Shown: piece by piece, positions 45,387 through 55,796 of the stretch | Numbering within the stretch: the stretch's first letter is position 1 | Layout of the letters: every line of letters begins with the position of its first letter | From: Azolla caroliniana | Taxonomy: Eukaryota; Plantae; Polypodiophyta | Reading direction: 5' to 3' | Length of the DNA stretch: 64,000 nt | Assembly: GCA_043228905.1 (NCBI GenBank) | Contig: JBHGNT010000004.1 | Location: 9,052,001 to 9,116,000 of the forward strand | The notes under the pieces: model-generated | The model's database searches: none | Seen by the model: the letters and a program-made list of their open reading frames with translations, nothing else | Told to the model about the DNA's origin: nothing | Translations under genes and position numbers: made by a program

Positions 45387-48300
45387 TCACTTCGGCATGG
45401 GATGTCTCTCCAATCCGATCCTCTTCCGGCATGCTTCCAGCTTGTCGGGTGTGAGGACCTTGGTCAGCATATCCGACCCGTTCTCGTCCGTGTGGATCTT
45501 TGTCAGCACGAACTCCTTGTCTTCTATCCTTTCCCGGATCCAGTGATATCTTCGCTGGATGTGCTTCGTCCGGGAGTGATAGGCCGCGTTCTTCGCAAGG
45601 TGGATTGCACTCTGACTGTCGCAGTAGAGTCGGTACTCCTCCTGCCGGATACCGAGCTCTCCAATGAAGTCCTTCATCCATATTATTTCCTTGCCGGCTT
45701 CAACAGCCGCCATGTACTCCGCCTCCGTGGTTGACAACGCAACCGTCTTCTGCAGCCTCGACTGCCACGAAACAGCTCCCCCTGCATATGTCATCACATA
45801 CCCTGATGTGGACCGGCTGGTATCTGCATCAACCGACATATCCGAATCGGTGAAGCCGTCGAGTTCGGGCTTACCGGAGCCGAATCGGAGGCACACGTTT
45901 GCCGTGCCCTTCAGGTATCGGAGTATCCACTTGGCCGCGTTCCAATGCTCTTTGCCGGGATTGCTCATGTACCGGCTCACCACTCCGACTGCATATCCTA
46001 TGTCCGGTCTCGTACACACCATGGCGTACATCAAGCTCCCGACGGCTGAGGCATACGGCACTTTCATCATATCCTCCTTTTCAGCCTTTGTCTTGGGACT
46101 TTGCTTGCTGGACAGCTTGCAGTTTGCCGGGAGGGTCGATCCGACCGGTCTTGCTTCCGACATGTTGAACCGGTGAAGCACCTTCGTCACGTACTTCTCC
46201 TGTGACAGCCACAACTGCTTCTTCTTCCGGTCCCGGATGATGTGCATCCCTAGTATTTGTCTCGCCGGACCCAGGTCCTTCATTGAAAAGGTTCGGTGAA
46301 GAGCCTTCTTCAGCATCCGTATCTTGACCTGGTCCCGTCCGACGATCAACATGTCGTCCACGTACAGGAGGAGTATTAGAAAGTCTCCTCCTTCGAACTT
46401 CTTCACAAATACGCAGTGGTCGGACTGCGTTTTGAGGTACCCTTCATCGGTCATGAAGGAGTCGAACTTCCGGTACCATTGCCGGGGAGCCTGCTTCAGT
46501 CCGTAAAGGCTCTTCTTCAATTGGCATACCAGGTGCTCCTTCCCTTTCTTCTCGAATCCTTCCGGTTGCTGCATGTAGATCTCTTCATCGAGGTCACCGT
46601 GAAGGAATGCCGTCTTCACGTCCATCTGTTCTACCTCGAGGTCCATGCTTGCCGCTATGCTCAGCACCGTCCGGATGGAGGTCATCTTCACTACCGGGGC
46701 AAATATCTCGTCGAAGTCGACGCCCTTCTTCTGCTGAAACCCCTTCACCACGATCCTGGCTTTGTATCTCGGGGGGTTTCCGGCATCTCCCGGTTTCAGC
46801 TTGAACACCCACTTGTTTCGAAGTGCCCGCTTTCCTTTCGGCAACTCCACAAGTTCATATGTGTGGTTCTCATGCAGGGAATCCATTTCGTCCTGCATGG
46901 CACTCAACCACCTGCGGCTCTGGGTGTCATGCTTTGCTTCTTCAAAGCTCTCCGACTCCCCTTCGTCGGTTAGCAGCACATGCTCTGGTTCCGGAAATCT
47001 CCGGGGGGCCCTTCTCTCTCTTAGAGGATATCTCCGTTCCGGAGCTTCGGTAACCGGTTCTTCCGATTCTTCTTCATCCGAATCCATTTTGGGATCGGGG
47101 CCGGTTCCGGTATCGTTTTCATCTTCTTCGGCCGGTTCTGTTTCTTCACCGTCTTCGGCCGGATCCTCGAGTGCTAACCGGTCCCTTGCCGGTCGGGACT
47201 GCTCCTTGTAGAGTTGATCCTCACCGGTCGACTTGGAGCTCTTTACCTTCTTCTCCGACTCCCAGTCGGCGAGTGTCTTGTCCTCCATGAAGATGATGTC
47301 TCGACTCCTGAATATCTTCTTGTCGACCGGGTCCCATACTCGGTAGCCGAACTCGTCATCGCCGTAACCGAGGAATATGCATGGCCGGGTCTTTGGATCT
47401 AGCTTTCCTCTCCGGTCCTTTGCCACATGCACGTAGGCGAGACACCCGAACACCTTCAGATGCCGGTAGGACACTTCCTTACCGGTCCACACTTTCTGCG
47501 GCGTGTCTCCGTCCAAAGGTACTGAGGGTGATCTGTTTATCACGTATGTCGCCGTCGACATTGCCTCAGCCCAAAACCCCTTGGGTAATTTCGCATGCGC
47601 CAGCATACTCCGGACCCTCTCCATTATGGTCCGGTTCATCCTCTCGGCCAGCCCGTTCAGTTCCGGCGTCTTCGGCACAGTAAACTCGAGTCGGATTCCC
47701 TTCGAGCGACAGTACTCCTGGAACTGCCCCCGGTATTCCCCTCCGTTATCCGCTCGTATCGCTTTCAGCTTCTTGCCGGATTCCCTTTCCACTCTCGCGT
47801 GGAGTTCTTTGAAGACGCACAACACTTGGTCCTTTGTCTTCAACGGTGCCGTCCACAGCTTCCGGCTGTGATCATCGATGAATGTTACGAAGTACTGGGC
47901 TCCGCCATGTGACTTCGTCTCTACCTGACACACGTCAGTGTGCACCAACTCCAATGGTGCGCTACGTCTCGTCGGTGGCCTTGAGTGGAAGGAGGTTCGG
48001 TTCTGCTTACCGGCCAGGCAATCGGTGCACTTCTCCAGGTGCACATGCTTCACTGGGATGAGGTTGTCTTCTGCAAGCCTCTTCATCCCCTTCTCACTCA
48101 TGTGACACAGTCTTTTGTGCCACAGCTCACCGGCAGTGTCGGCTGCCACATTCAACTCTTCCGGACATAACCGGGCATTCATCAGGTACAGTGTGTTGTC
48201 TTTCCGGGCCCGAGCCACTATCAGGTTCCCCTTGCTGAACTTCATTACGCCGTTCCGGATGCTACCTGTGTAGCCTTCATCGTCTAGCCTCCCGGCCGAA

Positions 48301-49460
48301 ATCAGGTTCAATCGAACCTCCGGAACGTGTCGGACATCCTTCAGCAGCATTTTGCATCCGGTTGGGGTTGTCAACCACACGTCTCCGATGCCGGCAATCC
48401 GGCACGTACCTTCATTTCCCATCCGAACACAGCCATGCTCGCCGGCTGTGTAGGATGAGAAGTATCTTCTCTCCGGGGTCAGGTGGAACGATGCTCCGGA
48501 ATCGACCACCCAGGTCGTCTCATCGCCGGCAATGTTTAGTTCACCTTCTTTGGTGATGAGCATGATCTCCTCTTCACTTGCCGCGAGTGCCGTCGTTCCT
48601 TTCCGGTCCTGCCCTCGCCGATCCGAACCATTCCGGTCCATGGCTCCCCGGTATGCACTGTTTCTCTCCGGTGACTTCTTCGAATCGGTGTTGTCGGTTC
48701 CATTGTCTTTTCGGTAATGCCGACAATTCTTTCGGAAGTGCCCCGGCTTCCCACAGTGGAAGCATGTGGGCCTTCCTCTTGACTGCGACCGGGTCCCCGA
48801 CTTCTCCCATCTTTGCGGACTCCGGTTCCATTGTCTTCCCCGATCCGATTCGGTAAACAGCATCTTCGGGTCGGAGACCGGTTCCTTATCTCTCCGACGC
48901 GCTTCTTCATTCAGAATACTTGTCTTTACCGTTTGTAAGGACAAGTTATCTTCGGTGCACGAGGTGCTGAGAGTCACCACCAAGTTCTCCCAGCTTTCCG
49001 GCAATGTACACATCAGGATGATGGCTTGCATTGCATCCTCCAACGGGAACTTGATCGCCGCAAGCTGATTCACGAATCCCATGAACGTGCTTACGTGTTC
49101 CACCATACTCTCGCCGTCCCGGTACTTGAGATTCACTATCTTCCTCATCAGGGAGGTCCGGTTCAACGCATTCTTCCTCTCGTAGAGGCCCGACAGCTTC
49201 TTCCACATCTCATATGCGTTGGTGTCGTTTGCCACATGTTGTAGGACGCTTACATCGACATATTGTCGGATCGTCGCTACGGCTTTCCGGTTCAGGAGCT
49301 TCCACTCCGACTCAAGTACCCCTTTCGGTATTTCCGACCTGTCAATCGGTTCGTACAGGTCCCGAACAATCAGAAGATCCTCCATCTTGATCTTCCAGTC
49401 GGCGTAATTCTGTGCATTCAGCACCATCATCCCCGGCTGCCCGCTGCCGCCGCCTTCCAT
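45387..49460 (-). CDS. Copia gag-pol polyprotein (gag, zinc knuckle, PR, IN, RT, RNase H), 1357 aa
   Basis: CFHCGKPGHFRKNC; WVVDSGAS; LWHKRLCH; VHTDVC / ADNGGEY / NGLAER; YVDDML; FTDSD / EAEY / CDSQSA. Confidence 0.97.
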   Translation of the reverse strand: MEGGGSGQPGMMVLNAQNYADWKIKMEDLLIVRDLYEPIDRSEIPKGVLESEWKLLNRKAVATIRQYVDVSVLQHVANDTNAYEMWKKLSGLYERKNALNRTSLMRKIVNLKYRDGESMVEHVSTFMGFVNQLAAIKFPLEDAMQAIILMCTLPESWENLVVTLSTSCTEDNLSLQTVKTSILNEEARRRDKEPVSDPKMLFTESDRGRQWNRSPQRWEKSGTRSQSRGRPTCFHCGKPGHFRKNCRHYRKDNGTDNTDSKKSPERNSAYRGAMDRNGSDRRGQDRKGTTALAASEEEIMLITKEGELNIAGDETTWVVDSGASFHLTPERRYFSSYTAGEHGCVRMGNEGTCRIAGIGDVWLTTPTGCKMLLKDVRHVPEVRLNLISAGRLDDEGYTGSIRNGVMKFSKGNLIVARARKDNTLYLMNARLCPEELNVAADTAGELWHKRLCHMSEKGMKRLAEDNLIPVKHVHLEKCTDCLAGKQNRTSFHSRPPTRRSAPLELVHTDVCQVETKSHGGAQYFVTFIDDHSRKLWTAPLKTKDQVLCVFKELHARVERESGKKLKAIRADNGGEYRGQFQEYCRSKGIRLEFTVPKTPELNGLAERMNRTIMERVRSMLAHAKLPKGFWAEAMSTATYVINRSPSVPLDGDTPQKVWTGKEVSYRHLKVFGCLAYVHVAKDRRGKLDPKTRPCIFLGYGDDEFGYRVWDPVDKKIFRSRDIIFMEDKTLADWESEKKVKSSKSTGEDQLYKEQSRPARDRLALEDPAEDGEETEPAEEDENDTGTGPDPKMDSDEEESEEPVTEAPERRYPLRERRAPRRFPEPEHVLLTDEGESESFEEAKHDTQSRRWLSAMQDEMDSLHENHTYELVELPKGKRALRNKWVFKLKPGDAGNPPRYKARIVVKGFQQKKGVDFDEIFAPVVKMTSIRTVLSIAASMDLEVEQMDVKTAFLHGDLDEEIYMQQPEGFEKKGKEHLVCQLKKSLYGLKQAPRQWYRKFDSFMTDEGYLKTQSDHCVFVKKFEGGDFLILLLYVDDMLIVGRDQVKIRMLKKALHRTFSMKDLGPARQILGMHIIRDRKKKQLWLSQEKYVTKVLHRFNMSEARPVGSTLPANCKLSSKQSPKTKAEKEDMMKVPYASAVGSLMYAMVCTRPDIGYAVGVVSRYMSNPGKEHWNAAKWILRYLKGTANVCLRFGSGKPELDGFTDSDMSVDADTSRSTSGYVMTYAGGAVSWQSRLQKTVALSTTEAEYMAAVEAGKEIIWMKDFIGELGIRQEEYRLYCDSQSAIHLAKNAAYHSRTKHIQRRYHWIRERIEDKEFVLTKIHTDENGSDMLTKVLTPDKLEACRKRIGLERHPMPK

Positions 49461-49490
49461 TTTCTGCAGCAGTTCGCTCTGATACCAGTT

Positions 49491-50104
49491 TGTTGGGAAT
49501 CGACACTTCTAGATTCACCTTCACCACTCGGCCACAACCGATTAATCGCGGATCAATGCAGCAGAAAATAGGAACCACACGGAGAAACAAAAAAAAAAAA
49601 ACGCGAGTACACAGGGATTAACGTGGAAAACCCTAGACGGGAAAAACCACGGGAGTACAAGACTCCAAACCAACACTATACAGAGAAGTATACAATGGCG
49701 AGCTGCAAGGCGACGACCTTGAGCTCGCTGTCCTTGCCACAGGCGGCGGAAATACACAGAGGCGTCTACCTCTTCCTCTCTCGCGCTCTATCTCTCTCAC
49801 GGCTGCTCTCTCTTCACTCCTCTAAAGTGGAAAAACAGAAAAATGAGAAGCAACATTAAAACTGTTTGCCCTAAGTCATATTTATACACATATGACTTTG
49901 GGGCTATTTACAACTGTGGCCTCAGGGGCCCATAGCGAACATATTCACGGATATGTCCCTGCATCCGGATCGCTCTCCGGGTACATTCGTCATCCGGCAC
50001 CGAAGCCGGGGTCTTCGTCATCCGGATCCGAAACCGAAACCGGGATTGTCGGCATTCATCTCCGACATCCGACCATCCCATCCGAAGGGACCGTAATCCC
50101 AACA
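49491..50104 (-). repeat. 5' LTR of A3
   Basis: Direct repeat of 44763-45376; adjacent to the PBS. Confidence 0.97.
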
Positions 50105-50442
50105 TTTTAGTTAGTCGATCAACGACAACCCAGATGGCATCATGACCTTTTTGGGTGCGAGGAAGGCTAACAATAAAATCCATGGATATACTTTCCCACT
50201 TATTATTGGGAATGTCCAAGGGATGTAAAAGTCCTGCGGCTTTAAGTCGCTCGACCTTGTTAACCTGACACTGGTGACATTTAGTCACATAGCTATGTAT
50301 GACAGGACGCATCTTAGGCTAATAAAATTGAGTGGAGATGAGAACGAGTGTACGATGTATTCTAGGGTGCCCTGCTAAGGGTGCATCATGGCATTAAAAA
50401 AGAATCCTCTTTTTGACCTCGGGTAAATCTGGAACACAAACC
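50105..50442 (-). pseudogene. Gypsy integrase zinc-finger segment
   Basis: HDAPLAGH..CHQCQVNK..WESISMDFIVSLP..VVVDRLTK, with two in-frame stops. Continuous with the flanking gypsy segments once A3 and I are removed. Confidence 0.88.
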
Positions 50443-50720
50443 TGTCGAATACATGTGTATAATGGACGTATTCACACCATCCCGTTTCGGCCATTTATGT
50501 AATTAGCATAAAGGGTAGTTGCCCTAAGTCGGTCACTATATATAGTGACCTTGTAACCTCTTTGTGAGGTTGGTTGTTGTATTATTGCTTTGTGAAATAA
50601 AGAGTCTTTTGGTGTCTCTCTCTCTCTCTCTGTGCAACGACCTACATTCTGTCATACGCAGGGAATAAACAGGAATCGAGTGCTTCAAGATCTTCCGCAC
50701 TGACGACATTGCTTCCAACA
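50443..50720 (+). repeat. 5' LTR of I
   Basis: Direct repeat of 55519-55796. Confidence 0.97.
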
Positions 50721-51311
50721 TCTGGTATCAGAGCCTGCACAGTAGTCGGTCCTTCAATCCGCTGTCGGCCGTCGTCTCTGCATTCGGTTTCCTGCGTCAT
50801 TCGAAGAAAGAGAGAAGAAGAACAAAAACGAGGTTTGCACCTCATCGCGTTAGATCCCCTTGCTTGGAGTAAGCCAGCAGGTTGTACTCTGTCCCTTGTG
50901 ATCGTAACCGCTCGAGGTGAAATCCCCTTGTGCAACTTTGACAACAACCCAAATTCGTGCTTCATCTGGCTGATCGACATTCGGGAGGATCAGTCGGATC
51001 CGTCTCTCTCGTCGCTGCAGTCACCCGAAGCCGAATCGGTCCAGATAATCGGTTTCAATAATCGGTATTCGGCATATATATCCGAAGCGAACCGGGCTCA
51101 CTCCGACTCGACGACATTCGGGAAGACCAGTCGGTTCTGTCCCTCAGGTTACCGTAGTCAATTCGAGCAAGTTCAACAATACATATATCCGAAGCCGAAC
51201 CGACTCGGGTTCAAATCCGACTAGAACGATATCGGGTGAGCCAACAGGCTGCACTCCAACAAGATTCGTAGTCAACTCCGAACCGAGCTTCGTCAACCGA
51301 AACCAAATTTG

Positions 51312-54300
51312 ATGGCATCAACATCCGGCTCGTCAGAAATGAGTCTACGAAAGTTCGATGGATCGAACTTTAACTTCTGGAAGGAGCAAATGCAGGACTA
51401 TCTCATAGTCAAGGGGCAAATCGATCCCATCGAAAATGAAGAACCTCCAGAAGGATACAAACCAATTGAGTGGCAGAAGCTGGACAGAATCGTCCGCGCC
51501 ACGATTCGGATGCACCTATCGGAATCGGTATACTTTACGGTGCAATCGTGTACGACAGCATTCGAACTGTGGAAAACACTGTCGGACACTTACGAAAAGA
51601 AGGTCGCCGCAACGAAGATGTTTCTGATCCGGCGCCTCTACAACTTGCGGATGAAAGAATCCGATTCGGTCCAAGCACACCTCAATGAGTACGAAAGCAT
51701 AAGCTCCCAAATCTCGTCACAGGGGACGGCAATCGAGGATGAACTCAGAGCAATGATACTCATGAGCAGCCTTCCCCCATCATGGGAAACTTTCGTCACA
51801 ACCGTGTGCAACGCGTCAACCACGGCTGTTAAATACTCCGAAGTCACGAGCGCAATCCTGACCGAAGCAGCTCGGAGAAAGTCTTTCGCCAAAGACTCAA
51901 CAGACGACGCTTACGTAGTACAAGGTTCAACAGACCGATCGAACATACGAGGAAGAGATTCCTCACGGCCGCCGAACAATCAGCGAAGACGGAGCCAGTC
52001 ACGGGATAACCGAATCTGCAACTATTGCAAGAAACCCGGACACATCAAAGCCGACTGCCGCGCACTCAAGAACAAGAACAACAAGAAGAATGGCCGGCAT
52101 GAGGAGATCAATTACGTCAGCTTCTCAGCTGATGTACTACCGGACGACCCGAATATACTATCAATAGAAAATCCAGTCGGATCAGAAGTTCTACTCACGA
52201 CTGAAGAATCGAGCACATGGCTCTTGGATTCGGGCGCGTCATTTCACGTGACTCCTCATCGATCCCAATTTCGGCAATATACGATCCGTCACTCCGACTC
52301 AGTTCGAGTCGGCAACTCACAACACTGTGACATCGTCGGAATCGGCACAGTAGAGCTCAACCTTGCAGGGGGCTCTACACTTGTACTCCACAATGTCCGA
52401 CATGTACCCGAGCTCACAAGGCCATTGATCTCAGTCGGACAACTAGATGAAGACGGCATTCGTGCCGGTTTTTCTTCGGGAGGGTGGACACTCCACAGGG
52501 GGAACCTCCTGCTTGCTAGAGGACCCAAGATACACTCACTGTATCCGTTACATGTTACGCTCAGAGAGGGTAACCTGTTTTTGGTGGATATTCCTGTGTC
52601 ATCATTATGGCACCGAAGATTAGGACACCTCAGCAAGGCCGGCATCACGCACCTATCTAGCGCCGGCTACATCCCCAAACTCTCCTTCTCGGACCATCAA
52701 TTCTGCGAGCATTGCCAGTATGGCAAACAAGTAGCCGCATCACACCCGACATCAGCACCAAGAGAAACGAGACCTCTCGATTTAGTCCATTCGGACGTCT
52801 GTGGCCCAATGCCGCATCAGTCTCTAGGCGGTGCCTCTTACTTCGTCAGTTTTATTGACGATTCGACTCGAAAGGTGTGGGCTTATCCAATTCGCACCAA
52901 AGATCGTGTCTTCTCGATCTTCACCGATTGGCTCGCTATGGTAGAAAATCAAACCGACCGAAAGCTGAAATGCCTTCGGACAGACAATGGGGGAGAGTTC
53001 AAATCCGATGAATTCGTCAAATTCTGCCGACAACGCGGCATCCGACGTGAATTTACGGCACCACACAGTCCGGAGCAAAACGGGATTGCCGAACGAATGA
53101 ATCGGACAATCCAAGAAAGGATAGTTTCCATGCTCCAACACTCCGGACTGTCGGATGGCTTCTGGGCAGAGGCTCTACTCACGGCAGTACACATAATCAA
53201 TATGTCGCCAAGTAGACCTCTAGGACTTCAAATTCCTCAGGAACTATGGATCGGCAGTAAGCCGAATTACGACAAGCTGAGGATCTTCGGATGCGAGGCG
53301 TACGCCCTCATTCCGAAAGATGATCGCCGAAAACTTGCACCTCGGTCCAGGAAATGCATTTTCCTTGGATATGGATCAGACGGCGAAATGGGATACCGAC
53401 TCTGGGACCCCGAACGCAGACAAATCGTTCGAAGTTCGGACGTTGTGTTCAACGAGTCGGCTATGAATCCATCAGTCGAAAAACCGATCGAAGTCCGAAG
53501 GGTATCATTCTCCGATGTGCCGACCCTTCAAGAAGGCCCCGCTCTCAACACACGGTCAGCTTCACGGGTAGCTGAACCTTATACTACCGACTCGGACAAC
53601 TCTGACTCGGCACAGCCGAATGTTTCGGTTTCGGACCATCCGACCTCGATACCCGATGCGACCAGTCCAATCATACCTCGACGATCCGAGAGACTGTCGC
53701 AACCTCCGGAGAGGTATTCTCCTGGAATTTTCTTCACCGACGCCGGCGAACCGACGTCTTACGAAGAAGCATCGACATCTGTCGATTCGGCCACCTGGCA
53801 TCTGGCGATGGAGTCGGAAATGCACTCCATCCGGGCAAACAAGACTTGGGATCTGGTCGAATTACCTAGGAACCGACGTGCTCTTCCTTGCAAGTGGGTT
53901 TATCGACTAAAAGAGACGTCTGATTCGACCACCCCAAAGTACAAGGCCAGATTAGTTGCGAAGGGCTTCCGACAAGAATATGGCGTCGACTTCGACGAGA
54001 TTTTCTCACCAGTGGTGAAAATGACAACCCTTCGTTTTCTACTCGGCGTAGTGGCAGCCGACAACCTGGAGCTGATTCAGCTAGATGTCAAAACAGCCTT
54101 CCTCCATGGTGATCTTGAAGAGGAAATTTATATGGAGCAGCCAAAAGGCTTCGTGGCGACTGGCCAAGAACATCTAGTCTGCCGACTCAGGAAGAGTCTA
54201 TACGGCCTCAAACAGGCACCGCGACAATGGTACAAGAAGTTCGACGACTTCATCCAATCGATCGGCTTCTCAAAAAGCGATGAGGACCATTGTCTCTTCA

Positions 54301-55325
54301 CCAAACCAGCTCAAGATGGATCACCCATCTTCCTCATCATTTACGTGGACGACATGCTAATTTCTGGACGCCACGCGGGCGAACTTGCCGATCTCATTCG
54401 GCAACTGCGGTTGAAGTTTGCCATGAAGGACCTCGGTCCGGCACGACACATCCTTGGCATGAAGATTAGTCGGCATCGCGATAACCGACATCTTTTTTTG
54501 TCTCAGGCCGACTATATCGGACGTGTCTTGGAACGCTTCAACATGCAATCAACCAAATCTGCTTCAACCCCGCTCCCCATGAATCTTCGGCTCTCTCAGC
54601 GAGACTGCCCGACATCCGGCCCGGAGGGGGAAGATATGAAGTCGGTACCGTATGCACCGGCAGTCGGCTCCCTTATGTACCTGATGGTCGCGACACGACC
54701 TGATATTTCTCACGCCGTAGGAGTCGTTAGCAGATTTATGCACAATCCTGGCCGATCGCATTGGAACGCAGTCAAGCATGTGTTCAGATATCTGGCTGGC
54801 ACAAAAGACCATGGCATTCTTTTCGGTCCGAACCGAACCTCAGGCGTAGTCGGCTACACCGACTCGGACTTCGCCGGCTGTATAGACAGTCGGAAATCAA
54901 CAACCGGATACTGCTTCAAATTCGGCAATGGAGCAATCTCGTGGAAGTCGAAACTTCAGGAGTGCACAGCGACCTCAACGACCGAAGCAGAATATGTAGC
55001 TGCGTCCGACGCAGCAAAAGAAGCTTTGTGGCTCGGTCGGCTGGCGCACACGTTTCGACAAGTCGACCATGACTCGGCTCCAGTTGTCTACAGCGACAGT
55101 CAAGGTGCTGTTGCCTTGTCGAAAAATCCGGTTCACCACAACGCCTCCAAACATATCGACGTTCGATATCACTTCGTTCGGGACTGCGTCATTTCAGGGA
55201 AAATCGGTCTAGAGAAAATATCCACAACCGATAATGTCGCAGATGGAATGACCAAATGTCTCTCGGCAGACCGTTTTCGGTCTCTTCGGCATCAGATGGG
55301 CGTAACGACAAACCAGTCCGGTTAG
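51312..55325 (+). CDS. Copia gag-pol polyprotein of element I, ~1337 aa
   Basis: CNYCKKPGHIKADC; WLLDSGAS; LWHRRLGH; VHSDVCGP / TDNGGEF / NGIAER; YVDDML; YTDSD / EAEY; KHIDVRYHF. No stops; first ATG at 51312. Confidence 0.97.
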   Translation: MASTSGSSEMSLRKFDGSNFNFWKEQMQDYLIVKGQIDPIENEEPPEGYKPIEWQKLDRIVRATIRMHLSESVYFTVQSCTTAFELWKTLSDTYEKKVAATKMFLIRRLYNLRMKESDSVQAHLNEYESISSQISSQGTAIEDELRAMILMSSLPPSWETFVTTVCNASTTAVKYSEVTSAILTEAARRKSFAKDSTDDAYVVQGSTDRSNIRGRDSSRPPNNQRRRSQSRDNRICNYCKKPGHIKADCRALKNKNNKKNGRHEEINYVSFSADVLPDDPNILSIENPVGSEVLLTTEESSTWLLDSGASFHVTPHRSQFRQYTIRHSDSVRVGNSQHCDIVGIGTVELNLAGGSTLVLHNVRHVPELTRPLISVGQLDEDGIRAGFSSGGWTLHRGNLLLARGPKIHSLYPLHVTLREGNLFLVDIPVSSLWHRRLGHLSKAGITHLSSAGYIPKLSFSDHQFCEHCQYGKQVAASHPTSAPRETRPLDLVHSDVCGPMPHQSLGGASYFVSFIDDSTRKVWAYPIRTKDRVFSIFTDWLAMVENQTDRKLKCLRTDNGGEFKSDEFVKFCRQRGIRREFTAPHSPEQNGIAERMNRTIQERIVSMLQHSGLSDGFWAEALLTAVHIINMSPSRPLGLQIPQELWIGSKPNYDKLRIFGCEAYALIPKDDRRKLAPRSRKCIFLGYGSDGEMGYRLWDPERRQIVRSSDVVFNESAMNPSVEKPIEVRRVSFSDVPTLQEGPALNTRSASRVAEPYTTDSDNSDSAQPNVSVSDHPTSIPDATSPIIPRRSERLSQPPERYSPGIFFTDAGEPTSYEEASTSVDSATWHLAMESEMHSIRANKTWDLVELPRNRRALPCKWVYRLKETSDSTTPKYKARLVAKGFRQEYGVDFDEIFSPVVKMTTLRFLLGVVAADNLELIQLDVKTAFLHGDLEEEIYMEQPKGFVATGQEHLVCRLRKSLYGLKQAPRQWYKKFDDFIQSIGFSKSDEDHCLFTKPAQDGSPIFLIIYVDDMLISGRHAGELADLIRQLRLKFAMKDLGPARHILGMKISRHRDNRHLFLSQADYIGRVLERFNMQSTKSASTPLPMNLRLSQRDCPTSGPEGEDMKSVPYAPAVGSLMYLMVATRPDISHAVGVVSRFMHNPGRSHWNAVKHVFRYLAGTKDHGILFGPNRTSGVVGYTDSDFAGCIDSRKSTTGYCFKFGNGAISWKSKLQECTATSTTEAEYVAASDAAKEALWLGRLAHTFRQVDHDSAPVVYSDSQGAVALSKNPVHHNASKHIDVRYHFVRDCVISGKIGLEKISTTDNVADGMTKCLSADRFRSLRHQMGVTTNQSG

Positions 55326-55518
55326 AGCCGGACACAGAGCAGGATGGTTCCCGACAACCGACATCAGCTCCTTAATGATCGGCTTCAACTGTTCCGACCC
55401 GACCAGTTCGGTCTTCTGTCTTCGGATCCTGCCGACTCGAACAAAGCTGATATGTCCGAGAACCTAAGTCTATACCTGTAATCTTAGATAACCCATGTAT
55501 ACGCCCATTACGGGGGAG

Positions 55519-55796
55519 TGTCGAATACATGTGTATAATGGACGTATTCACACCATCCCGTTTCGGCCATTTATGTAATTAGCATAAAGGGTAGTTGCCC
55601 TAAGTCGGTCACTATATATAGTGACCTTGTAACCTCTTTGTGAGGTTGGTTGTTGTATTATTGCTTTGTGAAATAAAGAGTCTTTTGGTCTCTCTCTCTC
55701 TCTCTCTGTGCAACGACCTACATTCTGTCATACGCAGGGAATAAACAGGAATCGAGTGCTTCAAGATCTTCCGCACTGACGACATTGCTTCCAACA
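55519..55796 (+). repeat. 3' LTR of I
   Basis: Direct repeat of 50443-50720; follows the PPT. Confidence 0.97.

Larger units (their letters stand above)
44763..50104 (-). mobile_element. Intact young Ty1/copia element A3 (Tnt1/Tork-like)
   Basis: Two 614-bp LTRs (44763-45376 and 49491-50104) with one difference seen. TSD TTTTA at 44758-44762 and 50105-50109. PBS 49487-49476; PPT at 45377-45388; single uninterrupted ORF. Confidence 0.97.
50443..55796 (+). mobile_element. Intact young Ty1/copia element I
   Basis: 278-bp LTRs at 50443-50720 and 55519-55796 with one difference seen. TSD AAACC at 50438-50442 and 55797-55801. PBS TGGTATCAGAGCC at 50723; PPT GGGGGAG at 55512-55518. Confidence 0.97.

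Noticed and set aside
45402-49407. Numerous antisense and alternate-frame ORFs over A3, repeated in A4
   Set aside because: Shadow ORFs of GC-rich pol codon usage; they recur only because A3 and A4 are close copies.
50709-51224. 171-codon open frame in the leader of element I, as an extra ORF
   Set aside because: It starts at TTG inside the LTR, has no ATG and shows no recognisable domain; compatible with chance in a GC-rich leader.
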